Source: Botryllus schlosseri (lineage: Eukaryota). Taken from it: 64,000 nucleotides of DNA. The stretch spans positions 10,418,001 through 10,482,000 of the forward strand of contig CM119372.1 in the NCBI GenBank assembly GCA_051294905.1, in the 5' to 3' direction. A program made the translations under genes and the position numbers. Under the pieces are notes generated by a model. It searched no databases. It worked only from the letters and a program-made list of their open reading frames with translations, and was not told the DNA's origin. This document shows, piece after piece, positions 10,885 to 23,589 of this stretch (position 1 is its first letter; every line of letters begins with the position of its first letter).

Positions 10885-13800
10885 GCAATACGATCAGGAT
10901 CCCGTCTGTTGATTATCTTCCATGGGATAACGATCCAAGCTTGTTACACACACAAATCAAACGGTACAGGCCTACAGACATACATTACACTTCAACAGAT
11001 CCTTGCAAACGAAGTAGGTTTAGCTTACATGTGATATATAGTACAGAATGTGTAGCCCTCTCCTGCGCGACTTGGCAACCGCAAGCATTGCATTCGCGAT
11101 TCTTATTTTACTCGCGTGTTCGTTTTAAGGCGAGCAAAGATCTCGATAAACAATAATAGTTGCAATTCTTCGCGAGATGTCGCCCAGTTTCATGACAAAG
11201 ATAAAGATGCACAGTTTAATGCCTTGGATAACTTCACTCGATCTGTAGAAACGCATTTTCATTGCCTTCTCGATGAGCCCAAGAAACAAGGACGTTACTA
11301 AATCCTTGCATTCGCTCGTGCAGTTAAATACCAAGGTCATTTTGTCATTTACTGACTGCCGCCGTTTTGACAGGAAAATACAAGCATGAGTCGCTATCCT
11401 CATTTGAAATGGTACGTACAGATACCGCGAAATGAGCGTCATGGTTCATGCATTGCAGAATCTGACTCTACGCCCGACTCGTTACGAGAGCGATTATCGG
11501 AAGTATACAGAACTTATCCAGACATTTAACGCCTTTCTTTGTGACCAAATTACCATTCTTTCACACAGCATCGCGTCATTGTCTTGGCGTTGTGCGTGTA
11601 AAGGTGCCCTTATTTGTTTTTGTAATAGTGGTGGCATGGAATGGAACCGCTGAATTAATGTCGGGCGGGAGTACTAGGCTCGTCACGGTAAGCTGACTTG
11701 AACCAATTTATTGACTGTAGGAGTCTACGTCTATGAATTAAGAAAACTACTAAAAGTTTTGTATCGGTCAAGCGAAACGAGAAATGTTGAGTTCGTATAT
11801 ATATCCATTCATCCATCCATCCATCCATAGAAAACTCAAGGGTGAGCGCAATAACAGCGTTCGAGATTACCGGACCGCTGATTCGATATATTGACTCCGC
11901 CTATACCATCACATGCGCAACATTTTCATCGCTTGACCTTTTATGCTGTCTTCTGTCACTTTTCATTCAGTGTACACTGTACACGCCTCTTATTTTATTT
12001 TCCATAGCTGGATCTGATTGAAAGACTACTCCAACCCTTGTCATTGTATCGCAATCTTGTGGGGTTTTGAAATCATATGAGTATAATAAAAAGGAACAAA
12101 CCAACTGATCAACTAGAATCAAGGTATTTATAGTTGTTAGAAATGGTATCAACTAGGGCTAGGGCTAGACCGAAAGTGGGTCGTGCTGCAAATCGGGAGA
12201 TAAGGAGTCATCATAAAAACTATTGGCCCGATGCAAAATGACTGTCAAAACACCACATGAATACCAAAAACAACAACTAGACCTGGTGCGGAAGTTCGGT
12301 CTCATTCGCATTCGTTATGCGAAACCCGATATTTCAGAGCTCCGTGCTTAAAACGAACTTTGGAAAGTTCTGCACTCTGAACATAGTTCTGAAATAGCAG
12401 ATTTCACAGTAATATTAAAATTTGTATGCAATTGGCTCCTTGAATTAAAACTCCCTATCACTCTCTGCATGGCGGTGACTGCAAAAAAGGAATATGAATA
12501 TCGAATACAGATATAAGACAAACCTAGTATAACCTAAAATTGTATAGGTTCTCGAGACTATCGCTTAAAATATCACGCTATTGTGACTGTGAATAATATA
12601 TTGAGTCGTCACCGCTTCGTGCTTGGCCCGGAAACGATATCATCAGATTATATTCCCGACCAGTGGGAGTTAGTCATTCATGATGAAACCATGAAGGATA
12701 ATTGCAGTGCTAAACTGTTCCCAACAATGCTGTGTGCCAGCAAGGGTATTTGTAGGCCGACAAATATGCCCGGATCTACTAGAATATAACCAATAAGCTG
12801 TTATAAAATCAGGATCGGGCATGTTTCGAATGACACCAAGCGCAGCCTTGTCTGAATAATGAGTATAACTACAGTACCGCCGCAATAATCTTATACCGAC
12901 AGCGTTGCATAATAGAAGGAAAACTATTTGGATTATCATAGTGACGTCATGTATTATTGTTTACGTCCGTGTTCACAAAGAACCTTTTGTAAAAGAATCT
13001 TTTACGGGTTCGCACCATCCCTCCCTACAAATATCAATGTCGAATAACAGCATGGCCGCCTGATTCGCAGAGACAATAATATGACAAAAACCGCCAACCG
13101 CAAATGACAACTAAAAATGACACAACTATCCATCCTATCATGCGCTGCAATTCGTATGCATCGCGAGAAAACATCTGTAACGAACTGTCTACTCTCGAAC
13201 ATATCTCACCACATCGAGATACTTTTTAGGTGTTTTCGTGGTGTCTAAGCCTATACCTGTCATGAAGGGCTCATACCAGATATTCAATGTCACTATAACG
13301 ACTTTGAATATGAGATAATTTTTCTCATTTGTAAGTATGCAGACCACAATGTATTAGGAACAAAGATAATATACAGAAGAAGATACTCGGAGAAGGTATG
13401 TTCCATCTCAATATCATTAATGCAATTATTGTTATGCTATTATGCTATTATATGATTATATGACAAAATATCATATCAAGATTTCCACTATTTACAGCAG
13501 TGTTTCTGTATCACTGTCATTGCCAAAGTTTTGAAATGCAGTAATCTGCAAGTGAGATGTGGAATTCAGAAATTCGCATGATTGAGAATACCACGCTCGT
13601 TTATTCTACCATGCCACTCTTAATGAATGAAAATAGCTCGAATTTCTCATTGTCAACATTGACTTTGACACGCGCGAGCAGTCTGAGCACTTTACCTGAC
13701 ATATGATTTGCTCTCCCTGGCTGTTAGCTCGTTTAGCATATGCTTCGATTTACGAGCAGCGAAGGTTTCTTTCCTAATTCTAGCATCGTTTCGTCGAATA

Positions 13801-14789
13801 TGAGATTCATTACAAATCTCATGCCCATCTCTGCGCCTCACAACTGAACTAGATGTAATTGCGTGCTGGTGATCAAAATACAGAAATAGCTCATATAACG
13901 TCCACTTCATTGTACTCGTTTCAAATCGATTTGGAATTCAAAAGAGATCGTAGGTTCGCTTGGTCCTTTGTACACTCTTTTATGCTTGTCTTAATTCAAC
14001 ATTTCATCAGTGAACCAACGCCTTTTGTATTTGAGCATGACTTTCTCCATTGAGACATACTTATTTTTGAAATATAATTGTCGGCTATCGTAAGATTTCG
14101 TCGGGACCATCAAATATCGCATGTATTGAGCAAGATTTTGAAACTGAGCAATAGTAAAGGGTCGCCGTCATTCCTCAGCTTAGTAACAAACGTCGTGATG
14201 GACTGCGGGCCGCATGATTGCAATAACCGGATAAGTAGTGTCCCAACTTTATCGAAGGGCAAATCTGGTGAGATAAAAGTATACAAGGATAGGATGCGAT
14301 ACGCAATTTGCATTTCTAATGAGGATCAATTTTCTTTGTAGTAGTAGGCTACCGTGTGCAGTCCATTGCATATACTTGTTCACTGTGCAAGTGGGTCCAG
14401 ATTTTAGAAATTTCATCGGCAATTTTCTAGTATACGTACGCAATCTTATTATACCATCAAATGAGAAAGAGATGACAATTTATGGAATTTTAGGTATTCG
14501 TTTGGTGATTACGGTACAGTTATTGCGGTACTGGCTTTGCTGTCTGATATTACAAATGTATGCTGATCTCTGGTTACCGGTGCCAGCGGGTCATTCTGTG
14601 ATAAGTATGTCATGCGTGCGAGCCTGCTTAAAATAAATCAAGTAGCTAAAATTGTAAAATTGCTCTATCAGGTATGCCGGACCCCACTTGTGGAACAGCG
14701 TCACGCCGCCTATCATACAGTCGTCTAGCATGTCCGCATCCAAGTCGAAATACAAGCAATCTCTTCTAACTGAATACTAGTCAGTGTAC

Positions 14790-15071
14790 ACTGTACAGTG
14801 TGCAGTAGTCAACCTTCAGGATCACTGGACCACGACCTAACATATCGATCTCGTCTTCAGCCACATGCCACCGCATTTTGTCGCTTTACTTTGCTTTACT
14901 TTTCCTTCAGCGTGCATGCCTCTTCTCTACTTCGCCTCGACCAAGGTGGGTGTCTGATCTTAAAGACTACTCCACGTCGTTTCGGCACTTTCCTATCTTT
15001 TCATTGTATCGCAGTCTTTGTGCAGGTGTTTTGAAATGATGAAAATATTAATAAACTGATACTGATACTGA
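14790..15071 (+). repeat. 3' end of an L2/CR1-group LINE (or a SINE sharing that tail) with AATAAA and (ACTGAT)n tail
   Basis: Matches the 3' UTR of the RT-bearing copy at 23683-24893. Other copies at ~7490-7590, 11880-12090, 19530-19585, 20568-20750, 25990-26215, 42270-42345, 42925-43180, 44420-44500 and 59696-60010. Confidence 0.75.
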
Positions 15072-15136
15072 TTGTCATACGACTCTGTCATCTAAGATTG
15101 CACACCCGGATAGGATATTTTGTCAGGGTTAGATAG

Positions 15137-15952
15137 CAGGGTTGTAATGACTCGAGTCGAGTCACGATTGTCTGATGACTCGACTTGACTCGAGACATTT
15201 TCTCAAAATACGGAAATGAGTCGACTCGAGTCAATCTGTGTATTGACTCGATTTGGACTCGAGTCATTGCGCATGACTCGAACCAAGTCATATGGCTCGA
15301 GACTCAGACGGCCAAGACCGACATTTCATTGTAATTTCGAAGAATAGTAAAGTGACCAGTGTGACCACACTATTGGGATGTCGTCTATTGGTACTGGTAC
15401 TTGAAAATGCGACCACAAACTACTAAAAGTGAGGAAATTAGTACAATATCAATGCGAACCATTCGATATCACCAAGCAACGTTATGGGTTTAACGAGACT
15501 TCAACTGGAAACTGGGCAGTCAACACATTGACCAATGGGTGCGGGTTCGAGTCCGACCGAGGTCGACTTCAGAATTCCGATACCTAAGTGTTGGAGGTTT
15601 ACCTAGGCTCCTCCTCGCCACCTCACCCGCGTACACGGTGTCTTAAAAAAGCCAAGAGGTGGGCCGTGCAATAAGTCGGCAGTTACGGAAAATAATGAAC
15701 AATGTCGGCCTGGTGTAGATGACCATAGTAGTCGACAAACACCATGAATACCATAAACAAACAAACAAACACATTGACTTGGACTCGGACTCGAGTCATA
15801 ATTCCATGACTCGGACTCGACCCTCTGCTCGATGACTTGAACTCGGACTTGACTCGGTGGTGAATTGAAAATGACACGACTTGGCTCGAGTCAAAACTAT
15901 AAAAGTGAGATTGACTTGTGACTCCGAGCCTTTTCTCTTCGTTGCAACCCTG
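15137..15952. mobile_element. hAT-type MITE (TIR CAGGGTTG[T/C]AA) with GACTCGAGTC arrays and an internal SINE fragment
   Basis: Inverted ends with flanks TTAGATAG/TTCGACAG (6/8). Related shorter copy at 52636-53008. Confidence 0.65.
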
Positions 15953-17213
15953 TTCGACAGTCTTCATAGCACTTCACAGGACTTGATACGTATTGATATA
16001 GTTGGGGCTGCATTTAAAACAAATATCAATTATATCGTGTTTAAACCGTTTTGGTATTTTTTCATTTTATTAAAGTCATGACGGCGCGAATCTTTCATTG
16101 TGCCGTCACGGTGGATTAACATTGACAATTGAAAGTATAAGAATGTGGCTCCTTTGACGAAAAAGTCTTCCGACCCTGTCATGAACGGACCAGAAATATC
16201 TTACACTAGGACTACATCGTTATGCAGCATTTTTACGAGAGACGATTTCGAAGTTAACAACCATTCCATATCGCATACATCGACCTCTCGACCATATCGG
16301 ATGCAAATCGTCCGTAGGCTCATGCCAAATGTTTACGTGTCGGAGGTTTATCTGGGCTCCTGTCGGTGCCGACATCACTGCAATCGCAGTGCATTGAAAA
16401 GTCCTTACGTAAAAATGAGCCGAGCTTACAAGTCGGCAGCAACGACCACGATCGGGACGCATAGGAGTGAGAGCGACTGAAGAATGACTGCGTGAGAGGC
16501 TGAAAGACGTTCCTGAGGATACGAGATATCAAAGACCGATGAACTTAATGAAATTTGTGCCGTGAGCACAAGGCCTAAAAAAGCAATAAGCCCTACTGTG
16601 TTGTGCCCATTAATACAATACAATACTAGATGTTTTTTCGAAAGTATTTATATAATTATGGTATAATTATGCAACGTTAAAAACACATTTCCAAATGCAC
16701 AAATGCATTTTTAAGACACTGTTTCAAACACAATGTTCTAAAACACCATTTGTTTAAAATGCAACCTCAAAAATAGTAGCCTACTGATCTTATGACCGAT
16801 ATGCCATCGCAGAATGCACGGATCAATTTTCATTCGTTGGAATATTGGAGCAAACGGATAGCAGCATGGCCCATTGTGGAAGTTTTAATGACTGCGCCAG
16901 ACCTTCTTATAAAGAATCGCTAATCCATGAAATGTGCTGTTTTTATAATAATGAGATTGCACTGCGGCATGCTCAAATTCACAGATCACATAAAAATAGC
17001 ATGCACGCGATTTTCAGTATCTCGCGACACACGGACATTCATGATTAGTCTACGTCAGGGGTTCTCAGACTTTTTTCAACTACGTACCTTTTCAATTTAC
17101 ATGCATATGATGTAATTTCCTTCGCGTCAGATACATGGCTCTGGCTAGAGACATTGCGTTAAGGGGACCAGCGGCCCGCCACCGAGCTATTAATGGGGGA
17201 CAGAAGTGTAGGG

Positions 17214-17989
17214 CAGTGGTTCTCAATCTTTTCGTCTTCGCGGACCCTTTTTGTACAGTCAAGGACCCCCACGGACCCAAAACAGCAACAGAATGACTAT
17301 TATTGAATATAGCATTACACTATTTATGTGGAAATTGGGGAGACGGTAGCTGCAACTACAACTGCATTTCTCGAAATATGTGGTCGTGTCTTGAAAATCC
17401 GCGCCTTCGATTTGATATGAAAGAGTGTCGAAATTTCCACGAACATAGGAGGTGGCGAATTGTATATTATCGGGCAACGCTTCTGACGACCCCTTTGGGT
17501 ATGATCGCAACATATATGACGCCAAAATTGAGACACTTAGTTTTATGGAACAGATAACGTCCATCCCAGTCATTTCTATCTAGCAGCTCATCTCAAAGTT
17601 GTTTTCGAATAGTGGTTTCGTATATCACAAGTAAAAATGGATCTTTGCAAACATTTTGAGTCACGCAAATTGTCCTTACCATTCCTACTTTTTTCCACAA
17701 CCCCAAGCAAAATATTTCCAAACAGCAATATGTTGGTATCAGTAGGCTATTGTTAATCTGGCAATTAAAATTTGCACAGTAGGATATCTCATCTCGGACA
17801 GTCATTCTGTTGATGTGATTCATTAAGTTGTAGCAGTAATGTAGCGAAACTGCCTAGTAAATTCTCTATTTTGAAAATAAAATAAAAACACCGTTATCAA
17901 TCATATTGGAAACTTGAAGGCATCGCGGACCCCCTGAAAATGCCTCGCGGGCCGCTAGGGGTCCGCGGACCCCCGGTTGAGAACCACTG
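17214..17989. mobile_element. hAT-type MITE (TIR CAGTGGTTCTCAA)
   Basis: Perfect 13-bp TIR and perfect 8-bp TSD GTGTAGGG (17206-17213 and 17990-17997). Confidence 0.85.
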
Positions 17990-20900
17990 GTGTAGGGTAA
18001 GAATAAATTGTGGAGATGCGAAAACAATTTTGCCCAAAGAGGCCATGAACCAAAAACGAACCCGCAAGTACAATACATAAATGGATCACGACCCGAAACT
18101 GGTTGAAAACCTCTAGCCTTAAAGGCTGTATTTGTTTACACACCTTTTCTCGTTCGGCACACAAACGTTAAAATCGTTGTGGCAGAAAATTGTCACTCTC
18201 GCTAATAAGTTGCTGCGCTGGTATGAGCACTGGCACATCAACAGCAGAAAATATTAGAGAAACTGATCGCCATATAAGATATGCTGAACATAGTGCAGGA
18301 GTTCTAGAGTTATGTATCCCTGTGCAGAACTATACTCAAGACCCCACAAAAGAGACTTAGAGATGACATATAATTGAGAGTCATATTCTCACAGCTCGCT
18401 CCGTACGATGTCGAAATTGAAACTTGAGAGAAGCGAAATTGGTCTATATAAGCCAGATAGTTTATGCTCTCCACTGCGCACGCACATATATACCAAACGC
18501 AAATATTGTAATTCATTCCTCCGACATGAAAATCATAAGAAACTTAATATCTAATGCCTAAAACAACATAACTAATCAACCCACATATTGCCTAAACTTT
18601 CTGTGGGAAAACCACCTGCACGATGCTCTACAATACATAATCTGTCACAGAGCCTGTGAAAACGTGGCTTGCCGTATGGTCACGTCCGTGTGATTGATGC
18701 GCTGCACGATGTTCACTTCCGTTCAGCCGCGGTATGATACATCAGTTGTTTACATGCTTCGCTTGGTCTATTCTTCGACAAAATCAGCAGTGTTTTAGCA
18801 TTGTACATTGAATTATGGTTATTTTGCCTTAAGAGTCAAACATCAAATATTTGATTGTATGCCTGCATTATGGAGATTGTGTAAAGTGTATAATGTATAT
18901 AGAACCACGCATAGATATAGTCAAATGTCTCTTATTTCTCCAAACGAAACCATGCATTTGTAAGTTATCGGCGGTCAGCCCCTTATCCTGCAAGATAAGC
19001 TCCCTTCGCAACTGCTGAAAACTTCATCATTCTCGTTGCAGAGTTGATTGAATGTGTGTTTACTGCGCACTGAACATCAGGATTTGCGCCTGTAGTCGAA
19101 AGCAGTCAGTGGCGAGAACCCATCTTCTCAATAAATTTCCATGCATGTTCATTCATTATATTAGCAAAATACTGACTCTTACATAAAAAGTATCATCTAT
19201 GGAAAGAGTTGATGACGGTTTCGGATTCCTAATGGAATGTGTTTTGTATGTCCGTCTGATTTTAGTCCACATAGAGCTGGTAATTTGCGGATTTTCGAAA
19301 CAGTTCAGGTTAAGCCTACTGTAGTTCAAAGCGCCCCCGTTTACTCTCAACGCCTACAATCATCGAATTTGCAGCTATCGCGCCCTATTCCGGGTTGCTA
19401 ACCCTTGCAGGGGGCACCTTCACTTTAAAGAAGCGCTGCGCTCAAAACATGAGCTGGTGTCAAATTAAAGTTGAAGATGAAAATAAATGTTGGCAGTAAC
19501 TATTTTTCTCAGTAAACCACCGTATTCGAACTGCAGCAATCTTGTGGTATCTTGATATGACGAAAAAAATTAATTAATTGATACTTAGGCTATACTATAG
19601 GTAAAAAATCAGGAAAGGTACCATTCCACTTCAGCTATATCTATGGTATCGAGGTCACGCGTCATCACTTCGTAATCATTTTTTTAAATATGTGGCCCAC
19701 ATTTCATCACTGTTTCACTTTCCCTCTAGCTAGCTGTTAGACGATATTGAGAATGGGATTATCACAAACCTCGTCGGCTTAGTTACGGCAAGAATAGGTG
19801 TACGGTACCAGCATAGCAGTGCTCAACGGGCAATTGTTCTCAGTTCCCCCATTAATGCTGCTCCTCGAACTGGTCCTTTTCAATGATATCATTAAAACTA
19901 TTATTACGGACCACATCTGCAATTGCTGCTAGCGGCGTAAGACATCGTCAGAACGACCGAGCGACAAAGGGATAGAAGAGCCCATCTAAAACCTCGACGC
20001 TTCGAAACGTGCTACTTTTTAGCGAGATTCGAACCGCGTTCTGATTGCGAAATTTATTTCGGCATATTCCTCGTGAAATATATTCTTGGCACAGCATGTA
20101 TGTATACTGATGAAGAGGAGGTCAAAGATATAGATCGACCGATATCGGATTTTTGAGCCGATACCATTAAAAGCGAAAACTAGCACCGCAAAGCTGATAT
20201 CCCTGATTTATTATGCCGATATCACTGGTCGACATGATTTTTGTTTTTTGGCCAACATGATGACAACTAAGCCAATTTTTGTAAGCTGATTACAAATATG
20301 AAGTCGCTTTTATCCTATCACGTCAAGATTTCTTATAATCAGTGATTTAAAATTTTGCATTTCAGTGCTATAAACAGCCTGTTCTGTGATGTATTTCTTG
20401 CTGTTGGGTCATAGCTATAGCCATTGTGACGTCATGAGAGGTGGTCAAAGTACTTACCATAGGTACTCAAGTAGAAGTAGAAGTACCGGCGTCAATTTAT
20501 ACTTCAGTAGAAGTAAAAGTACCCTTTTTAGTATGTAAACAAGTAAGTATTCTAGGCCTAGCTTTTGATATCAGTATCAATTTATTTATCTTTTCTTCCT
20601 TTCAAAACATCACAAGACTGCGATACAATGAAAAGATAGGAAGGCGTCGACACGACTTGGAGTGGTCTTTGAAATCAGACACCCACCTGGCCTAGGCGAT
20701 GTAAAGAAGAGGAATTCACAGCACACTGAATGAAAAATAAAGCGACATTGAGGCAGTGAGGCATTTTAGATCAAAAATCTTTAGCATTTGGTGTGCCAAT
20801 GGCTTAGATAGAGCCACATGGACATGGAAAAGATTGTTACTTTTCTCATGTGGTTTTCTTTTGGATTCAATGTCGAAAATCAGCATAAAGTTCAATATCC

Positions 20901-21049
20901 ATTCTGACTTGCGCAATAGGCCTACCACCGATTCCTCAGGGTCCAGATGTCACAATTCTATTGCCTTCAAACGTTTTACCAACAGTTGAAAAAGATTCTG
21001 TCGGTGAAGAGTCTGTGTCTGAAGAATGTTCCTAGCTTGAGTGATATGG

Positions 21050-21705
21050 TGATCAGCAGTTATATAAAGTCGAACCAAGCTGAACTAAATAACTTTGTCA
21101 TAAATTTGAATTTGCCAAATTAATCTGCTCTTAGGTTCCAGACTAAAAGCCAAACATATAGGCCTACTTGGCACTTTCACCACTGTTGCTTGGTATATGC
21201 ATCGTGATAGTGAATACATATGCTTCTTTGCCTCCGAACCCTCTTTAGTCTATTGTGTCGATGTTCAAGGTCTCATAAAGACATTTAGAACTGTGAATTG
21301 CACCTCGTTATTTATGCACCAAGCCTAAAAGCTGTTTTGTCGCACCACACAAATCAGTGTGCTTTCTAGCTCTAGAGCTGGTACAACTGGCATCAAGGGG
21401 TCTTACGAGAATATGAAACTTTTGATTTCAAATTTGGAATATAGTACTCAAACGTGTAAAGTTTCCGTTGATTTTGAATTCAAAAATATGCTACTGGTTC
21501 AACTGTCTAGACTCTAGAACTACAAGGCATCCTTATTTTATGTGTGAATGGGACAGTAGAAATCATTGAATTAAACGTAAGTGGCCGATGAGAGAGTATC
21601 TTACACCAGGCTTTAAAATGTTTCAGAGCATGCTCTTATCGACAGATCTCATGTTGTATTTCCACCGTTATATATTAAACTGGATCTCATGAAATAGTTT
21701 TTAAA
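21050..21705 (+). pseudogene. Degraded Chapaev3-like transposase fragment
   Basis: Frameshifted plus-strand translation gives QAELNNFVINLNL, SYENMKLLI, CEWDSR, WPMREYLTPG and IKLDLMK, which I recognise from memory as CMC-Chapaev3 motifs. Multiple stops. Confidence 0.6.
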
Positions 21706-21964
21706 TAGGGTTACCATATGTCCGCCGACCACGCCTAAATGTCCTCCTTTTTGAGATTTTGTCTCCTTTTTTGACAATTTTTGTTAAATGTATGGCAAAT
21801 TCGACTGAGATAGGGATCAGCACTGAAGTAACGCTCCGGTTGCGATTAAAGTTGACCATTTTTTATATTTTTAGTCGACCACCTGATAATGTGTAAGAAA
21901 AACTGTATTTTTGGCACTGAGCGAGAAAGTTGACCTTTATTTTTTTAGTCAACCGACCACGAAG

Positions 21965-22105
21965 TGGGAAATATTTGCCTGCGCATACATCACTGTAGTT
22001 TTCCGTGTCAACAAGGCACCAAATGTTTGCTGCAGTCTGGTGGGCTTTGAGGTGGAGGTCATTTTGCAGTGTTACAATTTCTATCTCCAACTGTTCAGCA
22101 TCCGG
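21965..22105 (-). pseudogene. Short hAT (GTF2IRD2/SPIN-like) transposase C-terminal fragment
   Basis: EQLEIEIVTLQNDLHLKAH...IWCLVDTENYSDVCA resembles the segment before the hATC dimerisation domain. Confidence 0.45.
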
Positions 22106-22119
22106 ACATGAGTATCATG

Positions 22120-23272
22120 CAGAGGTGGTCAAAGTAGTCAAGAAAGCTACACAAGTACAAGTAGAAGTAGCGACGAAAAATCTGCTCAAGTACGAGTAGA
22201 AGTACTTCTGTAATAAGCAACATAAAACTACTTGAAGTAGAAGTAGAATTGACTGACTTTAAATCTACTCTCAAGTAAGTAGGTAGTTGTGAAAACGATC
22301 GTAATTCGTTAGCATGAACTATGTCAAAAGCTGCAAATGGAGCTATGCGAAAGGTGTAGGGAGCTTGATTCACATTGATGCATCCCATGAGGTTTCAATT
22401 TTTGACAGCATAAGCATTCCTCTCCATCACGGGATGAAAATGATAGCATTGATATGGAAATGCGATACTAATCCTCTGTTTACTCGAACACCCCGTTTTA
22501 GAGAATATCATGGCATGGCGCCCACCCCAAAATTATAAGTCGAAGAGCAAAACGGTGAAGTTGTGTTGGATACGGCTTTAACACTTTGCGCGATTAGTAT
22601 ACATTAATTAAAATTATGACAGGTCGTAAAAATGCCATATAGGCCTAGTGTATAGCTTTATTTTCGGAAAATATAAGGCATTAATAGACTTGCTTTTAAA
22701 CTTCAACATGTATGTTTTCCAGACAATAGAACTGAAACTATAATTAGAACTCAACGTATAATACTCGTAATTGAAAGAAAAATACATATACTACTTCTAA
22801 AAAGCGGAAAATAAATTTAAAGTCTTTTGTCCAGAAAGTTTCAACGGCGGTCTGCTAAAACAGGTCTAACGTTAAAAAAAATCAAAGTCCACTTTTCCAG
22901 ATGAGGACTTGTCATGGGCTGCTAGGTATAATAGGTTATTGCTAGATTGCGAAGCGACAGTTTCAAACGCTATTGGGGCCATACTTACTGTAATGAAATA
23001 TTTGGTAGAGGTGACAATGCGGTGCGATGCGGTGTGAGCGGAACTACGCAACCCTGTATCAAACTTATATTTGGCGACACTTTCGTTAGAACATATCTGC
23101 CACTCCACATATAGGCCTACTGTGCGCGAAGCGCAACGTATAAAAAACAAAATATTACGAAGTAGAAGTAGAAGTAGCGAAAAAGATATCTACTCGAGTA
23201 AGTAGCAGAAGTAGAGGGAAACTATTTGAGTACTTCGAAAACGTAAAAGTACTTCGTTACTGACCACCTATG
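22120..23272. mobile_element. hAT-type MITE (TIR CAGAGGTGGTCA) with AGTAGAAGT subterminal repeats
   Basis: Perfect 8-bp TSD GTATCATG. Colinear with the copy at 51186-52459. Confidence 0.85.
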
Positions 23273-23589
23273 GTATCATGACAGATTTCATTATACTGGA
23301 CAGCAGCAACGATTACAAAAGGTTAGAAACATGGTACTAAATGTAAGAGAAACAAGCTGTGTCATAAGATGCACTACGTAATGGGTATAAAGATACTGAA
23401 AATCTGCTAGTACGTCACGGCTATCTGCTACCGAATAGTAATGTTGTTTACTACTTTGGCATTGTTCTGGACGTCGAGCTACCATAACGGAACCCCCCTA
23501 GGATGGCATTCCGTCATGTTGCCTGTAATAGGCAGTGTGCCGTATCATATAATTATTCAATATCTTGTGATTCTATTACATGTTGGTAT

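Noticed and set aside
13695..14270. Possible minus-strand exon (acceptor near 14267, donor near 13695)
   Set aside because: Several in-frame stops and no recognisable domain.
16426..16623. Hydrophobic 65-aa ORF as a third fucosyltransferase first exon
   Set aside because: It lacks the basic tail and KVDT motif shared by the two supported exons, and it overlaps a SINE fragment.
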